From Candidatus Pacearchaeota archaeon (lineage in GTDB: Archaea > Nanobdellota > Nanobdellia > Pacearchaeales > UBA284): 32,000 nucleotides of DNA. The stretch's first letter is position 1. Every line of letters starts with the position of its first letter. A model generated the notes under the pieces. It was not told where the DNA came from. It saw only the letters and a program-made list of their open reading frames with translations, and ran no database searches. Positions 8,878 through 16,241 of this stretch are shown here, piece after piece. The stretch spans positions 570,001-602,000 of the forward strand of contig CP061211.1 of assembly GCA_026016245.1 (NCBI GenBank), given 5' to 3'. A program made the position numbers and the translations under genes.

Positions 8878-10113
8878 ATGAAATTTGATGACTCACTGAA
8901 GTTTGCCTTAAATAATTTAACAACAAGAGGCTTGAGAAGCTGGTTAACTATTATTGGTGTTATTATTGGTGTTGCTGCTATAGTTGCCATAGTTTCAGTC
9001 GGACAGGGAATGCAAGAAACTATCTCAGCAGAGCTTGGAAGTCTTGGAGGAGATGTGGTTTTTGTTCTTGCAGGGTCTTCTTTTCAGATGGGTATTGCTC
9101 AAGCTGGATATGCTAGAGCAGCAGGAGAATTAGATGATAGAGATGTAAGAGTTATAGAGGCTGTAGAAGGGGTGTTACATGTTGCCCCAGACATTTTTGG
9201 TTTCGTAGAAGTGAGTTATCTGAAACAAAACAGGACCTTGTATATGTATGGGACGAATGAGAACTGGGCAAAAGTCAGAAGTAGTTTTAATATTGAATCA
9301 GGCAGATTTTTGAAGAGGGGGGATAGTGGTGTGGTTGTTTTAGGAAATACAATTGCAAAAGAAGCTTTTGATAAGGAAATTTTTGTGGGTTCTAATATAA
9401 AAATAGAGGGCGAATCTTTTAGAGTTATAGGAATTCTTGAGAAATTTGGGGGGTTTGGTTCAGATGAAGACCAGTCTGTTTATCTTACACTAGAGGATGC
9501 AGAACCTTACTCAGGAGGATTTGGTGTTGATAATTATTATGCTATAGAAGTAAAGGTAGATGCAGAGAGAGCAGAGGAAATTGCTGAAAAAATGAAGGAA
9601 AAACTAATGATCTCAAGACATGTTAATGAAGAAAATATTGATTTTACTGTTCTTACACCAAAAACAATAGCAGAGATGGTCTTTAGCATTATGAACACAA
9701 TAAATCTTTTCCTTTACGGAATAGCTGCCATCTCTCTTGTTGTAGGAGCTGTTGGAATAGCTAATACAATGTTCACTTCAGTCACAGAAAGAACTAGACA
9801 AATAGGAATTTTAAAATCCTTAGGAATGACAAATAAAGAAGTAATGAACCTTTTCCTTGTAGAATCTGCTCTTATTGGGTTAGTTGGAGGTATTCTTGGA
9901 TTGTTTGTTGGTTTTATTATTTCTGGAACAATAGGTCAAATAGCAGCTTATTTCCTTAGAGGAGCAATGTTCAGAACATCTTTTATTTCTATAACTCCTG
10001 GCCTTATAATCTTCGCCTTAGCATTTTCAGTTATCATAGGAGTTATCTCTGGAATATTCCCTGCAAGGAGAGCAGCTAAACTACAACCAGTTGAAGCTTT
10101 GAGGTATGAATAA
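8878..10113 (+). CDS. ABC transporter permease, MacB/FtsX family
   Basis: ORF track, 411 aa. The N-terminus LKFALNNLTTRGLRSWLTIIGVIIGVAAIVAIVSVGQG is followed by a large periplasmic-type domain. The C-terminal FtsX domain includes ERTRQIGILKSLGMTNKEVMNLFLVESALIG...PARRAAKLQPVEALRYE. Confidence 0.9.
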   Translation: MKFDDSLKFALNNLTTRGLRSWLTIIGVIIGVAAIVAIVSVGQGMQETISAELGSLGGDVVFVLAGSSFQMGIAQAGYARAAGELDDRDVRVIEAVEGVLHVAPDIFGFVEVSYLKQNRTLYMYGTNENWAKVRSSFNIESGRFLKRGDSGVVVLGNTIAKEAFDKEIFVGSNIKIEGESFRVIGILEKFGGFGSDEDQSVYLTLEDAEPYSGGFGVDNYYAIEVKVDAERAEEIAEKMKEKLMISRHVNEENIDFTVLTPKTIAEMVFSIMNTINLFLYGIAAISLVVGAVGIANTMFTSVTERTRQIGILKSLGMTNKEVMNLFLVESALIGLVGGILGLFVGFIISGTIGQIAAYFLRGAMFRTSFISITPGLIIFALAFSVIIGVISGIFPARRAAKLQPVEALRYE

Positions 10114-10786
10114 AATGAAAAAAGAAATACTTCACACAAAAAATTTAGTAAAACACTATTATTTGGATGGTGTGATTGTCAAAGCAATAAATGGTGTTAC
10201 ATTTAGTATTCCCAGAAACAAAATGACAGTTATAATTGGTCCTAGTGGTTGTGGAAAATCAACCCTGCTTCATTTAATAGGGCTTCTTGACAAACCAACA
10301 AGGGGAAAGATTTATTTTGACGGATATGATATTTCTAAATTAACTGAAACAAAACTTGCTAAACTGAGATTAAAAAAAATAGGTTTTGTCTTTCAATTTT
10401 TTAATCTACATCCTTTGCTTACAGCAGTAGAAAATGTTGAACTTCCTTTAACAATATCAAATGTTTCTCTAGCAGAAAGAAGAAAAAAAGCTCTAGAACT
10501 TTTAAAAATAGTTGGACTTAAAGAAAGAGCTGATCATTATCCAAATCAACTTTCAGGAGGTGAACAACAGAGGGTTGCAATAGCCAGGGCAATGTCAAAT
10601 GATCCCGAGATTATTATGGCTGACGAACCTACTGGAAATCTTGACACAAAATCAGGAGATGATATTATGAGATTGCTAATAAAATTAAGAGAAAAATCAA
10701 CAGTCATAGTAATAACTCATGATGCAGATATAGCAAGAAGAGCAAATAAAACAATAAAATTAAGAGATGGAATAATAGTTAAGTAA
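10106..10786 (+). CDS. ABC transporter ATP-binding protein (MacB/LolD type)
   Basis: ORF track, 226 aa. Motifs: Walker A GPSGCGKST, signature LSGGEQQRVAIARA, Walker B IIMADEPTGNLD, H-loop ITHD. The ATG at 10106 overlaps the permease stop. An ATG at 10115 is an alternative start. Confidence 0.95.
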   Translation: MNKMKKEILHTKNLVKHYYLDGVIVKAINGVTFSIPRNKMTVIIGPSGCGKSTLLHLIGLLDKPTRGKIYFDGYDISKLTETKLAKLRLKKIGFVFQFFNLHPLLTAVENVELPLTISNVSLAERRKKALELLKIVGLKERADHYPNQLSGGEQQRVAIARAMSNDPEIIMADEPTGNLDTKSGDDIMRLLIKLREKSTVIVITHDADIARRANKTIKLRDGIIVK

Positions 10787-11828
10787 AAATACTTTTAATC
10801 AAATCATCTTTGTCAAATTTCTTTAAATCTCCATACTCCTGGCCTACACCTAAGAAAATTATTGGCTTTTTTGTCACATAGCTTACAGAAATCATAGCTC
10901 CACCTTTCTCATCAACATCAGCTTTTGTCAAAATTATAGCATCAATTCCTATAGCTTCATGAAAAGCTTTAGCTTGGTCAATAGCATCATTACCAACTAT
11001 AGCCTCACCAACAAAAACTTTCAAGTCTGGCTTGTTCACTCTAATAATCTTTTCCATCTCTCTCATCAAGTCAGCTTTAACATGGATTCTTCCAGCTGTA
11101 TCAATCAAAACACAATCTATGCCTTGGGCTTTTGCATGGGCAATTGCATCAAAAGCAACTGCAGCAGGATCAGAACCATATTTATGTTTTATAACTTTGA
11201 CATCTAATTTTACTGCATGCTTTTCTAATTGTTCAATTGATGCTGCTCTGAAAGTATCACTTGCTGCTAACACAGAACTTAAACCTTGCTTTTTTAGAAG
11301 ATGAGAGATTTTTGCTATAGTTGTTGTTTTTCCACTTCCATTAATTCCAAAAAAGACAATTGTGTAAGGTTTTTCTTTTTTTACTCTCTCTTTAATTTTC
11401 TCAACAAAATCAAAAGGCTCTATAAGAAGTTCATTTATGGCTTTCTTTAAACTATTTTCAATTTCCTTCTCAAGCTCTTTTCTTTTGATCTCTTTTCCAA
11501 TAAGTTCTTTTTTCAATTCAGTTTTTAGAAATTCAATAGCTTCCATAGCCACATTATTTTCTATAAGAACCATTTCAAGTTCTGAGAAAAATTTATCAAA
11601 ATTTTCTTCTTTTATCTTGGCCACTTTAGCTATTTTCATTAATTTTGTGAGAAGATTTTCTTTCTTTTCCTCAAGCTTCTCTTTTTTTTCTGGTTCTTTC
11701 TTTTCCTTTTTCTCAAGCCCTTTTATTTCTTTTTTTATCTCTTTCTCTTCCTTATCTGTTTGTTTTTCCAACTCTTGCTTTGTCTTTCCAAACACTTCCT
11801 TGATTTTTTTCTTGAGGAAACCAAACAT
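10779..11828 (-). CDS. ftsY: SRP receptor FtsY
   Basis: ORF track, 349 aa. It has a K/E-rich acidic N-terminal domain and an NG domain with GINGSGKTTTIAKI, DTAGR and TKADVDEKGG. Its 3' end overlaps the convergent ABC ATPase gene by 8 nt. Confidence 0.95.
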   Translation of the reverse strand: MFGFLKKKIKEVFGKTKQELEKQTDKEEKEIKKEIKGLEKKEKKEPEKKEKLEEKKENLLTKLMKIAKVAKIKEENFDKFFSELEMVLIENNVAMEAIEFLKTELKKELIGKEIKRKELEKEIENSLKKAINELLIEPFDFVEKIKERVKKEKPYTIVFFGINGSGKTTTIAKISHLLKKQGLSSVLAASDTFRAASIEQLEKHAVKLDVKVIKHKYGSDPAAVAFDAIAHAKAQGIDCVLIDTAGRIHVKADLMREMEKIIRVNKPDLKVFVGEAIVGNDAIDQAKAFHEAIGIDAIILTKADVDEKGGAMISVSYVTKKPIIFLGVGQEYGDLKKFDKDDLIKSIFT

Positions 11829-11878
11829 AAAGCGAAGAGGTGAGAAATATTAATAAATGTTACTTTACTAGGAAAAAC

Positions 11879-12475
11879 ATGAAAAAAGAAAAAAAGAGGA
11901 AAATATGCAAAATCTATTTGTTTAGGCATGGGCAGACTTATTATAACAGAGATGGTATCTTTACAGGGTTTGTTGATTCTAAATTAACAAAAAGAGGTAT
12001 AGAAGATGCAAAAATTGTTGCTGAAAGATTAAAAAATAAAAAATTTCAAGTTGCATTCCATACAAGACTTTCTCGTTCTAAAGATACTTTAAAACAAGTA
12101 TTGAAATATCATCCAGAATGTACGAGGTTGATTGAGGATGATAGGATGCTTGAAAGAAATTATGGAAAATTAAACACACATAGCCATTGGGAGATTGTCA
12201 GAAAGAAAGGACCTAAACAATATGATAAGTGGCACAGAGGATTTAACATCAGGCCACCAAAAGGAGAGTCTTTTGCTGATGTTGAAAGACGTGTAAGGGC
12301 TTTCTTAAAGGACCTTTTCAAATTCGTAAAAAAGGAAAGAGTTGATGTTGCAATATCAGCTCATGGTAACTCAATACGCTTAGTCAGAAAAATACTAGAA
12401 AAAGCATCAAAAGAAGAAACAGTGGGGTGGTTTATTCCTTATGATACCTACTTTGAATATAGTGTTAAATGTTAA
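11879..12475 (+). CDS. Histidine phosphatase superfamily protein (dPGM-like phosphoglycerate mutase family)
   Basis: ORF track 11840-12475. I prefer the ATG at 11879 (MKKEKKRKICKIYLFRHGQTYYN...). Motifs: the RHG catalytic motif, TRLSRSKDT and SAHGNSIRLV. The 11840 start would leave only 11 nt to the divergent ftsY start. Confidence 0.8.
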   Translation: MKKEKKRKICKIYLFRHGQTYYNRDGIFTGFVDSKLTKRGIEDAKIVAERLKNKKFQVAFHTRLSRSKDTLKQVLKYHPECTRLIEDDRMLERNYGKLNTHSHWEIVRKKGPKQYDKWHRGFNIRPPKGESFADVERRVRAFLKDLFKFVKKERVDVAISAHGNSIRLVRKILEKASKEETVGWFIPYDTYFEYSVKC

Positions 12476-12534
12476 AATTTAGTTTAAGAACATTTTTAAA
12501 TTCCTTATCATTGTCATATCATAGCTAGGGGAAA

Positions 12535-13110
12535 ATGATAACTTACCAGGAAATTTATGATATATTGAGAAATGAGAAGTATAATGAAGCCCTCCAACAG
12601 CTTCCTAAGAAATTTCTATCTGAAATAGCTTCCTATCTTGCTGAGAAGAAAGATATTGTAAATAGGGAGCAAAAGAACAGTGAATTGTTTTCAGATACAG
12701 TAAGGATGACAAGAAAACAATTAGATAATACTCTAGCTATAATAAAGGAGATTATTGCTATCAGAGAAAGAAAAATCCTGAATCTGGCTTTTACAGCTGC
12801 CCTGACTGGAATAAGCAAGAGAGATACAGAAAATCTGATGGAACATGAGAAAGATCTTTTTGAGATAACTGTAAAAAAGCTTGAGCAAAATCAAAAAATA
12901 ATAACTGAAAAATTAAATGGGAAAATAAATGAAGAGAAGAAAGATTTAAAAAATATTCTCATTAGGTTTAAAGAAGATATCCCAGCCTTTCTTTCTGGGG
13001 AAGGCACTGAACTCGGACCTTTTAAGTCAGGAGATGTGGTGAATCTTCCTCAAGAGATAGCTGAAATTCTTTTAGGAGATGGAAAGGCTGCGATGGTTGA
13101 GGAAAAATGA
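12535..13110 (+). CDS. GINS complex subunit (Gins51/Sld5-Psf1-like)
   Basis: ORF track, 191 aa. The N-terminus YQEIYDILRNEKYNEALQQLPKKFLSEIASYL and the segment IRERKILNLAFTAAL fit the GINS A-domain pattern. The C-terminal FLSGEGTELGPFKSGDVVNLPQEIAEILLGDGKA fits the B-domain. Confidence 0.5.
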   Translation: MITYQEIYDILRNEKYNEALQQLPKKFLSEIASYLAEKKDIVNREQKNSELFSDTVRMTRKQLDNTLAIIKEIIAIRERKILNLAFTAALTGISKRDTENLMEHEKDLFEITVKKLEQNQKIITEKLNGKINEEKKDLKNILIRFKEDIPAFLSGEGTELGPFKSGDVVNLPQEIAEILLGDGKAAMVEEK

Positions 13111-13146
13111 AATGAGTGAAAAAATTGAAGACAAATAATAGATATA

Positions 13147-13326
13147 TTGAGAAGAAACGAAGAATTAGAATCTCTTTCAATCTCAAAAGAACTAGGAGTA
13201 ACTTATGATACTGCGTCAGAATATCTCAAGAAAATGACTAAAGAAGGGAAAATAGAAAGACGGGCTATAGGAAAGCCTTGGGTTTATTATTATAGACTAA
13301 ATCATCAAAAGCCAATATTAGTATGA
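13147..13326 (+). CDS. Small winged-helix DNA-binding protein with a TTG start, or the frameshifted 3' part of a 71-aa gene starting at ATG 13112
   Basis: Hand translation gives (L/M)RRNEELESLSISKELGVTYDTASEYLKKMTKEGKIERRAIGKPWVYYYRLNHQKPILV*, which is wHTH-like. An ATG ORF at 13112-13138 (MSEKIEDK*) continues seamlessly as ...IIDILRRNEEL if one A is added to the A3 run at 13133-13135. The stop overlaps the rpl44e start. Confidence 0.45.
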   Translation: MRRNEELESLSISKELGVTYDTASEYLKKMTKEGKIERRAIGKPWVYYYRLNHQKPILV

Positions 13327-13643
13327 AAGTTCCAAAAAAGACAAAAAGATATTGCAAGTTTTGTAAGAAACATACAGAGCACAAGATTAGCCAGGCAAAG
13401 GCAGGACATCAGAGGGGGGCATTAAAAAGAGGATCCCCTATAAGAGCAAAGAAAAGAGGTCTTGGAAGAGGATTAGGCAGCCATGGAAAATGGCCTCCTA
13501 GTAAGCCTGCTGTGACAAAGTGGAAGAGAAAAACTAAAACCACAAAAAAGACAAATTTTGTTTATACATGCAAAGTTTGTGGAAAAAGCACCATACAAAA
13601 AAAAGGAACCAGGACATCAAGAGTCCAGTTTAAGGAGAAATAA
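13323..13643 (+). CDS. rpl44e: 50S ribosomal protein L44e (eL42)
   Basis: ORF track, 106 aa. MKVPKKTKRYCKFCKKHTEHKISQAK...YTCKVCGKS is a CxxC...CxxC zinc ribbon in a highly basic protein, typical of L44e. Confidence 0.9.
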   Translation: MKVPKKTKRYCKFCKKHTEHKISQAKAGHQRGALKRGSPIRAKKRGLGRGLGSHGKWPPSKPAVTKWKRKTKTTKKTNFVYTCKVCGKSTIQKKGTRTSRVQFKEK

Positions 13644-13644
13644 G

Positions 13645-14175
13645 ATGGCTATACAAAAGAAAAAATATTTTGATGTTAAGCTTAATATTTTCAACACAAC
13701 AATCCAGCTTCTGGCATTTAAGCCAGAGGATCTTGAAGGGAGAAACGTCAAGTTTGATTTAACAAAAATTCTGAAAGGAAAACATTGTGAGGCTAATTAT
13801 ATAATAAAGAACAGAGATGGGAATCTTGTTGGTGAGATATATCAATTTAAGATTCAGCCCTCTTTTATCAGGAGATTGATTGGCCGAAATGTAAGCATTA
13901 TTGAGGATTCTTTTTTATGCAAAGTGAAGGATGCTAATTTGAGAATAAAGCCTTTTCTTATTACAAGAAAAAAAGTGCATAGATCTGTAAGAAAAGCGTT
14001 AAGGGATGAGGCAAAGAGATTTATAAAAAAGTTGGTGGAGAACAAGGACAAGGATAGTGTTTTCCAAGAAACAATTTTAGCTTCTATACAAAAACAGTTA
14101 AGCAAGAAATTGAAAAAAACATATCCCTTGGCAGTATGTGAGTTAAGAATTGTGAAAGTTGAAAAGGCCAAATAA
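13645..14175 (+). CDS. rps3ae: 30S ribosomal protein S3Ae (eS1)
   Basis: This is the same frame as ORF-track 13558-14175. The internal ATG at 13645 lies 2 nt after the L44e stop. MAIQKKKYFDVKLNIF...LEGRNVKFDL...IRRLIGRNVSIIED...LRIKPFLITRKKVHRSVRKALR...KKTYPLAVCELRIVKV follows the S3Ae pattern. Confidence 0.85.
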   Translation: MAIQKKKYFDVKLNIFNTTIQLLAFKPEDLEGRNVKFDLTKILKGKHCEANYIIKNRDGNLVGEIYQFKIQPSFIRRLIGRNVSIIEDSFLCKVKDANLRIKPFLITRKKVHRSVRKALRDEAKRFIKKLVENKDKDSVFQETILASIQKQLSKKLKKTYPLAVCELRIVKVEKAK

Positions 14176-14192
14176 TTTTCTCATTTAAAAAA

Positions 14193-15401
14193 ATGGTTGA
14201 CTGGGCACAAATTTATAATCCTTTATTCTTTATTTTAGTTATTATCTTTCTTTATTGCTGTTATATTCTTTATTTTGCTCTTACTGTCAGGAGAAAAAGA
14301 ATAAAACACGAATATTTTCCTTATGTCTCTGTACTTGTTTATGCCAAGGATGCTGGAAATGTCATAAGAAGAAGAATTGAAAATCTCATCAAACAGAATT
14401 ATCCGAAGAATAAATATGAGATAATTATTTATGATAACGCCTCAAAAGATGAAACTCAAGAAATCTGTATGAAATACAAAAAAAAGAAGCTAATTAAATA
14501 TCTAAGAAAAAAATTTGATAGAAAGGGCCCTCTTCTTGATCTAGCTATCAAAAAACTTGCTAAAGGAGAAATTTTGTTAATGACTGATCCTGATGTTCTT
14601 GCTGAAAAAAATTGGATTCTAAACATAGTTCAACCTTTTAAGGATAAGAGTGTAGGAGCTGTTGCAGGAACTGTTCATTGCGGAAACTATTACAAAGGTA
14701 TTATTCCATTAATGAGAGCAGTAGAAGATGAGTGGAGATTTGTTGCTCCAGTATTAAGAGATTCTGACACTGTTTTTAGTATAGGAGCAAATCAGGCTTT
14801 GAGAAGAGAGACATGGGAACAAACAAAATATGGGGGAAGCTTGCTTGATGATCTTGATATTATCTCGAGAATTATTGATAAGGGATGGAAGGCTGTTGGA
14901 TCTAGTGCAACAGGAACAGAAGAAGAAGTTGAAACCCCAGGACAGTATTGGAGGCAGAGGACAAGGTGGTACAAGGTTAATACTGCAGATTATTTTGGTG
15001 TAAGCAAGAAATGGAAAAAATTTCTTGAAAGTTTTCCTCATGTAATCCAGTTTTTTGCTCTTGTTTTATTAATAGTTTTTATCATCTCTTTATCTATAAC
15101 CTTCAATTATCTTATATGGTTCAGCATAATCAATTTTGTTTTAATGAATCTTGCCATGATTATCGCTTTTATAAAAATAAAGACAGGAAAAGCATTTATT
15201 CCAGCAATACCTTTATTTCTTACTCTGGATACTATACTTTTTGGGACAACTTTATTTTGGGTGCACATACCAGGAAGATTTTTTCATTTAACAAAAGAAG
15301 TATGGCCATCTCTACAAGGAAGGTATTATCATGTTGGCTCAGAATTAAAGAAATGGTTTTTTGAATTTGAGGAGAAAGTCAAGGATTACACAAAGATTTA
15401 A
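14193..15401 (+). CDS. Membrane-embedded family 2 glycosyltransferase (processive, cellulose/chitin-synthase-like)
   Basis: ORF track, 402 aa. It has an N-terminal TM helix and VSVLVYAKDAG...YEIIIYDNASKDET. Motifs: DxD-like MTDPDV, an acidic LLDDLD motif, and QRTRW (QxxRW). It ends in 3-4 C-terminal TM helices. Confidence 0.85.
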   Translation: MVDWAQIYNPLFFILVIIFLYCCYILYFALTVRRKRIKHEYFPYVSVLVYAKDAGNVIRRRIENLIKQNYPKNKYEIIIYDNASKDETQEICMKYKKKKLIKYLRKKFDRKGPLLDLAIKKLAKGEILLMTDPDVLAEKNWILNIVQPFKDKSVGAVAGTVHCGNYYKGIIPLMRAVEDEWRFVAPVLRDSDTVFSIGANQALRRETWEQTKYGGSLLDDLDIISRIIDKGWKAVGSSATGTEEEVETPGQYWRQRTRWYKVNTADYFGVSKKWKKFLESFPHVIQFFALVLLIVFIISLSITFNYLIWFSIINFVLMNLAMIIAFIKIKTGKAFIPAIPLFLTLDTILFGTTLFWVHIPGRFFHLTKEVWPSLQGRYYHVGSELKKWFFEFEEKVKDYTKI

Positions 15402-15432
15402 TAAATTATTGAAGAATTTTTTTATAGAAGGT

Positions 15433-15450
15433 AAAGTTTAAAAGTTTTCT
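15433..15450 (+). repeat. 18-bp sequence AAAGTTTAAAAGTTTTCT, copy 1 (BRE/TATA-like)
   Basis: It is identical to 18197-18214. Both copies have a similar 5' flank (GG[TC]) and 3' flank ([GA]AC). Confidence 0.7.
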
Positions 15451-15518
15451 GACCATCAACCACCCCCCTTAAATATTTCTTGCTGAAATCAAAAGATTTA
15501 AATAGTATAATACATAAA

Positions 15519-15543
15519 TAAGTATATTAAGTATCATAAGTAT
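15519..15543 (+). promoter_or_regulatory. Three direct TAAGTAT repeats at 9-bp spacing upstream of vapB (candidate operator/promoter)
   Basis: TAAGTAT occurs at 15519-15525, 15528-15534 and 15537-15543, with a degenerate ATAGTAT at 15502-15508. The last copy merges into TATAATAAAA about 28 nt upstream of the vapB ATG. Confidence 0.4.
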
Positions 15544-15570
15544 AATAAAAAATATTTGGAGAAAGAAAAA

Positions 15571-15786
15571 ATGACAAACATGACTTTGGCAATTCCAGAA
15601 GAGTTGCACCGCAGGATGAAGCAGTTCTCTGAAATAAGATGGGCAGAAATAGCTAGAAGGGCTATGGAAGAAAGGGCAAAAGATCTTGAAGAAATGGAAA
15701 AAATTGCCTCTAAGAGCAAACTAACTAAAAAAGATGCCGCAATTCTGGCGAAAAAGATAAAAAGAGCTGCTGCCAAGAGATTTTAA
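15571..15786 (+). CDS. vapB: VapB-type antitoxin (putative)
   Basis: ORF track 15556-15786. I prefer the ATG at 15571 (MTNMTLAIPEELHRRMKQFSEIRWAEIARRAMEE...), which has an RHH/AbrB-like N-terminus. Its stop overlaps the PIN gene start (TAATG). Confidence 0.6.
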   Translation: MTNMTLAIPEELHRRMKQFSEIRWAEIARRAMEERAKDLEEMEKIASKSKLTKKDAAILAKKIKRAAAKRF

Positions 15787-16205
15787 TGTTTATTGTTATA
15801 GATACGAATGTCTTTATTGCAGCTTTAATAAAAAATAGTTTGACTAGAGAGCTAATTTTAAATACAAAAGCCAGAATTCTATTCCCAGAATTAATTTTAG
15901 ATGAGTTAAGAAATCATGAGCAGGAAATAATCAAAAAATCAGGCATTTCAAGACAGGAATATCTCTTTATTTTATCAAAGCTTTTAAAATATGTCATGGT
16001 TGTGCCTTCAGAACTATGTCTGCCCTTTAAGGAAAAAGCTAAAGAGATAATGGATAAAATAGACCCTGATGATAGTGTTTTTATCGCAACTTCTTTAGCA
16101 TTTGGCAAGTGCGTTATTTGGAGCGATGACAAACATTTTAAGAAACAAAAATTTGTAAAAATAATAACCACAAAAGACATGAGTAAGAATTATAAAAAGA
16201 GATAG
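15786..16205 (+). CDS. vapC: PIN-domain ribonuclease toxin VapC
   Basis: ORF track, 139 aa. MFIVIDTNVFIAALIKNS carries the first acidic PIN residue. Later acidic residues are in ...PDDSVFIATSLA...IWSDDKHF. The start is coupled to the upstream small ORF. Confidence 0.8.
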   Translation: MFIVIDTNVFIAALIKNSLTRELILNTKARILFPELILDELRNHEQEIIKKSGISRQEYLFILSKLLKYVMVVPSELCLPFKEKAKEIMDKIDPDDSVFIATSLAFGKCVIWSDDKHFKKQKFVKIITTKDMSKNYKKR

Positions 16206-16241
16206 AAACTCTTAAATAATTTCTTGTTGTTATGGATATTA

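Noticed and set aside
9948-10139. Minus-strand 63-aa ORF across the permease/ATPase junction
   Set aside because: It is antisense to two well-supported ABC genes and has no independent signal.
10779-10786. An 8-nt convergent overlap of the ABC ATPase and ftsY 3' ends. Other overlaps occur at 10106-10113 (8 nt), 13323-13326 and 21964-21967 (4 nt each) and 15786 (1 nt)
   Set aside because: Short overlaps like these are expected in a compact genome and are not evidence of recoding.
11560-11828. A K/E-rich, repeat-looking stretch at the 5' end of ftsY
   Set aside because: A low-complexity acidic/basic A-domain is normal for FtsY. It is not a tandem DNA repeat or a separate element.
11840-11878. 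An N-terminal extension of the phosphatase ORF (MRNINKCYFTRKN)
   Set aside because: It would leave only 11 nt between the divergent ftsY and phosphatase starts. The ATG at 11879 gives a normal N-terminus just ahead of the RHG motif.
10959-11929. ORFs 10959-11207, 11032-11304 and 11437-11853 (plus) and 11735-11929 (minus), overlapping ftsY and its promoter
   Set aside because: The plus-strand ORFs are antisense to ftsY, and the S/F-rich 138-aa product is just the mirror of the K/E-rich FtsY A-domain. The minus-strand ORF spans the divergent promoter and the 5' end of the phosphatase gene.
13558-13644. A 29-codon N-terminal extension of the S3Ae ORF that overlaps rpl44e
   Set aside because: It is out of frame with, and overlaps, the conserved L44e C-terminus. 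The S3Ae similarity begins at the ATG at 13645, 2 nt after the L44e stop.
13323-14175. rpl44e is followed by rps3ae rather than the rps27e partner usual in many archaea
   Set aside because: I looked for a small CxxC...CxxC ORF nearby and found none. Gene-order variation among ribosomal protein genes in reduced genomes is not remarkable by itself.
12633-15364. ORFs 12633-12818 (minus), 13854-14171 (minus), 14754-15041 (minus), 14792-14974 (minus) and 15116-15364 (plus)
   Set aside because: They are antisense or out of frame within the GINS-like, S3Ae and GT2 genes and have no motifs.
15534-16180. Minus-strand ORFs 15534-15776 and 15914-16180
   Set aside because: They are antisense to vapB and vapC. 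The sense-strand pair has the canonical coupled antitoxin/PIN architecture.
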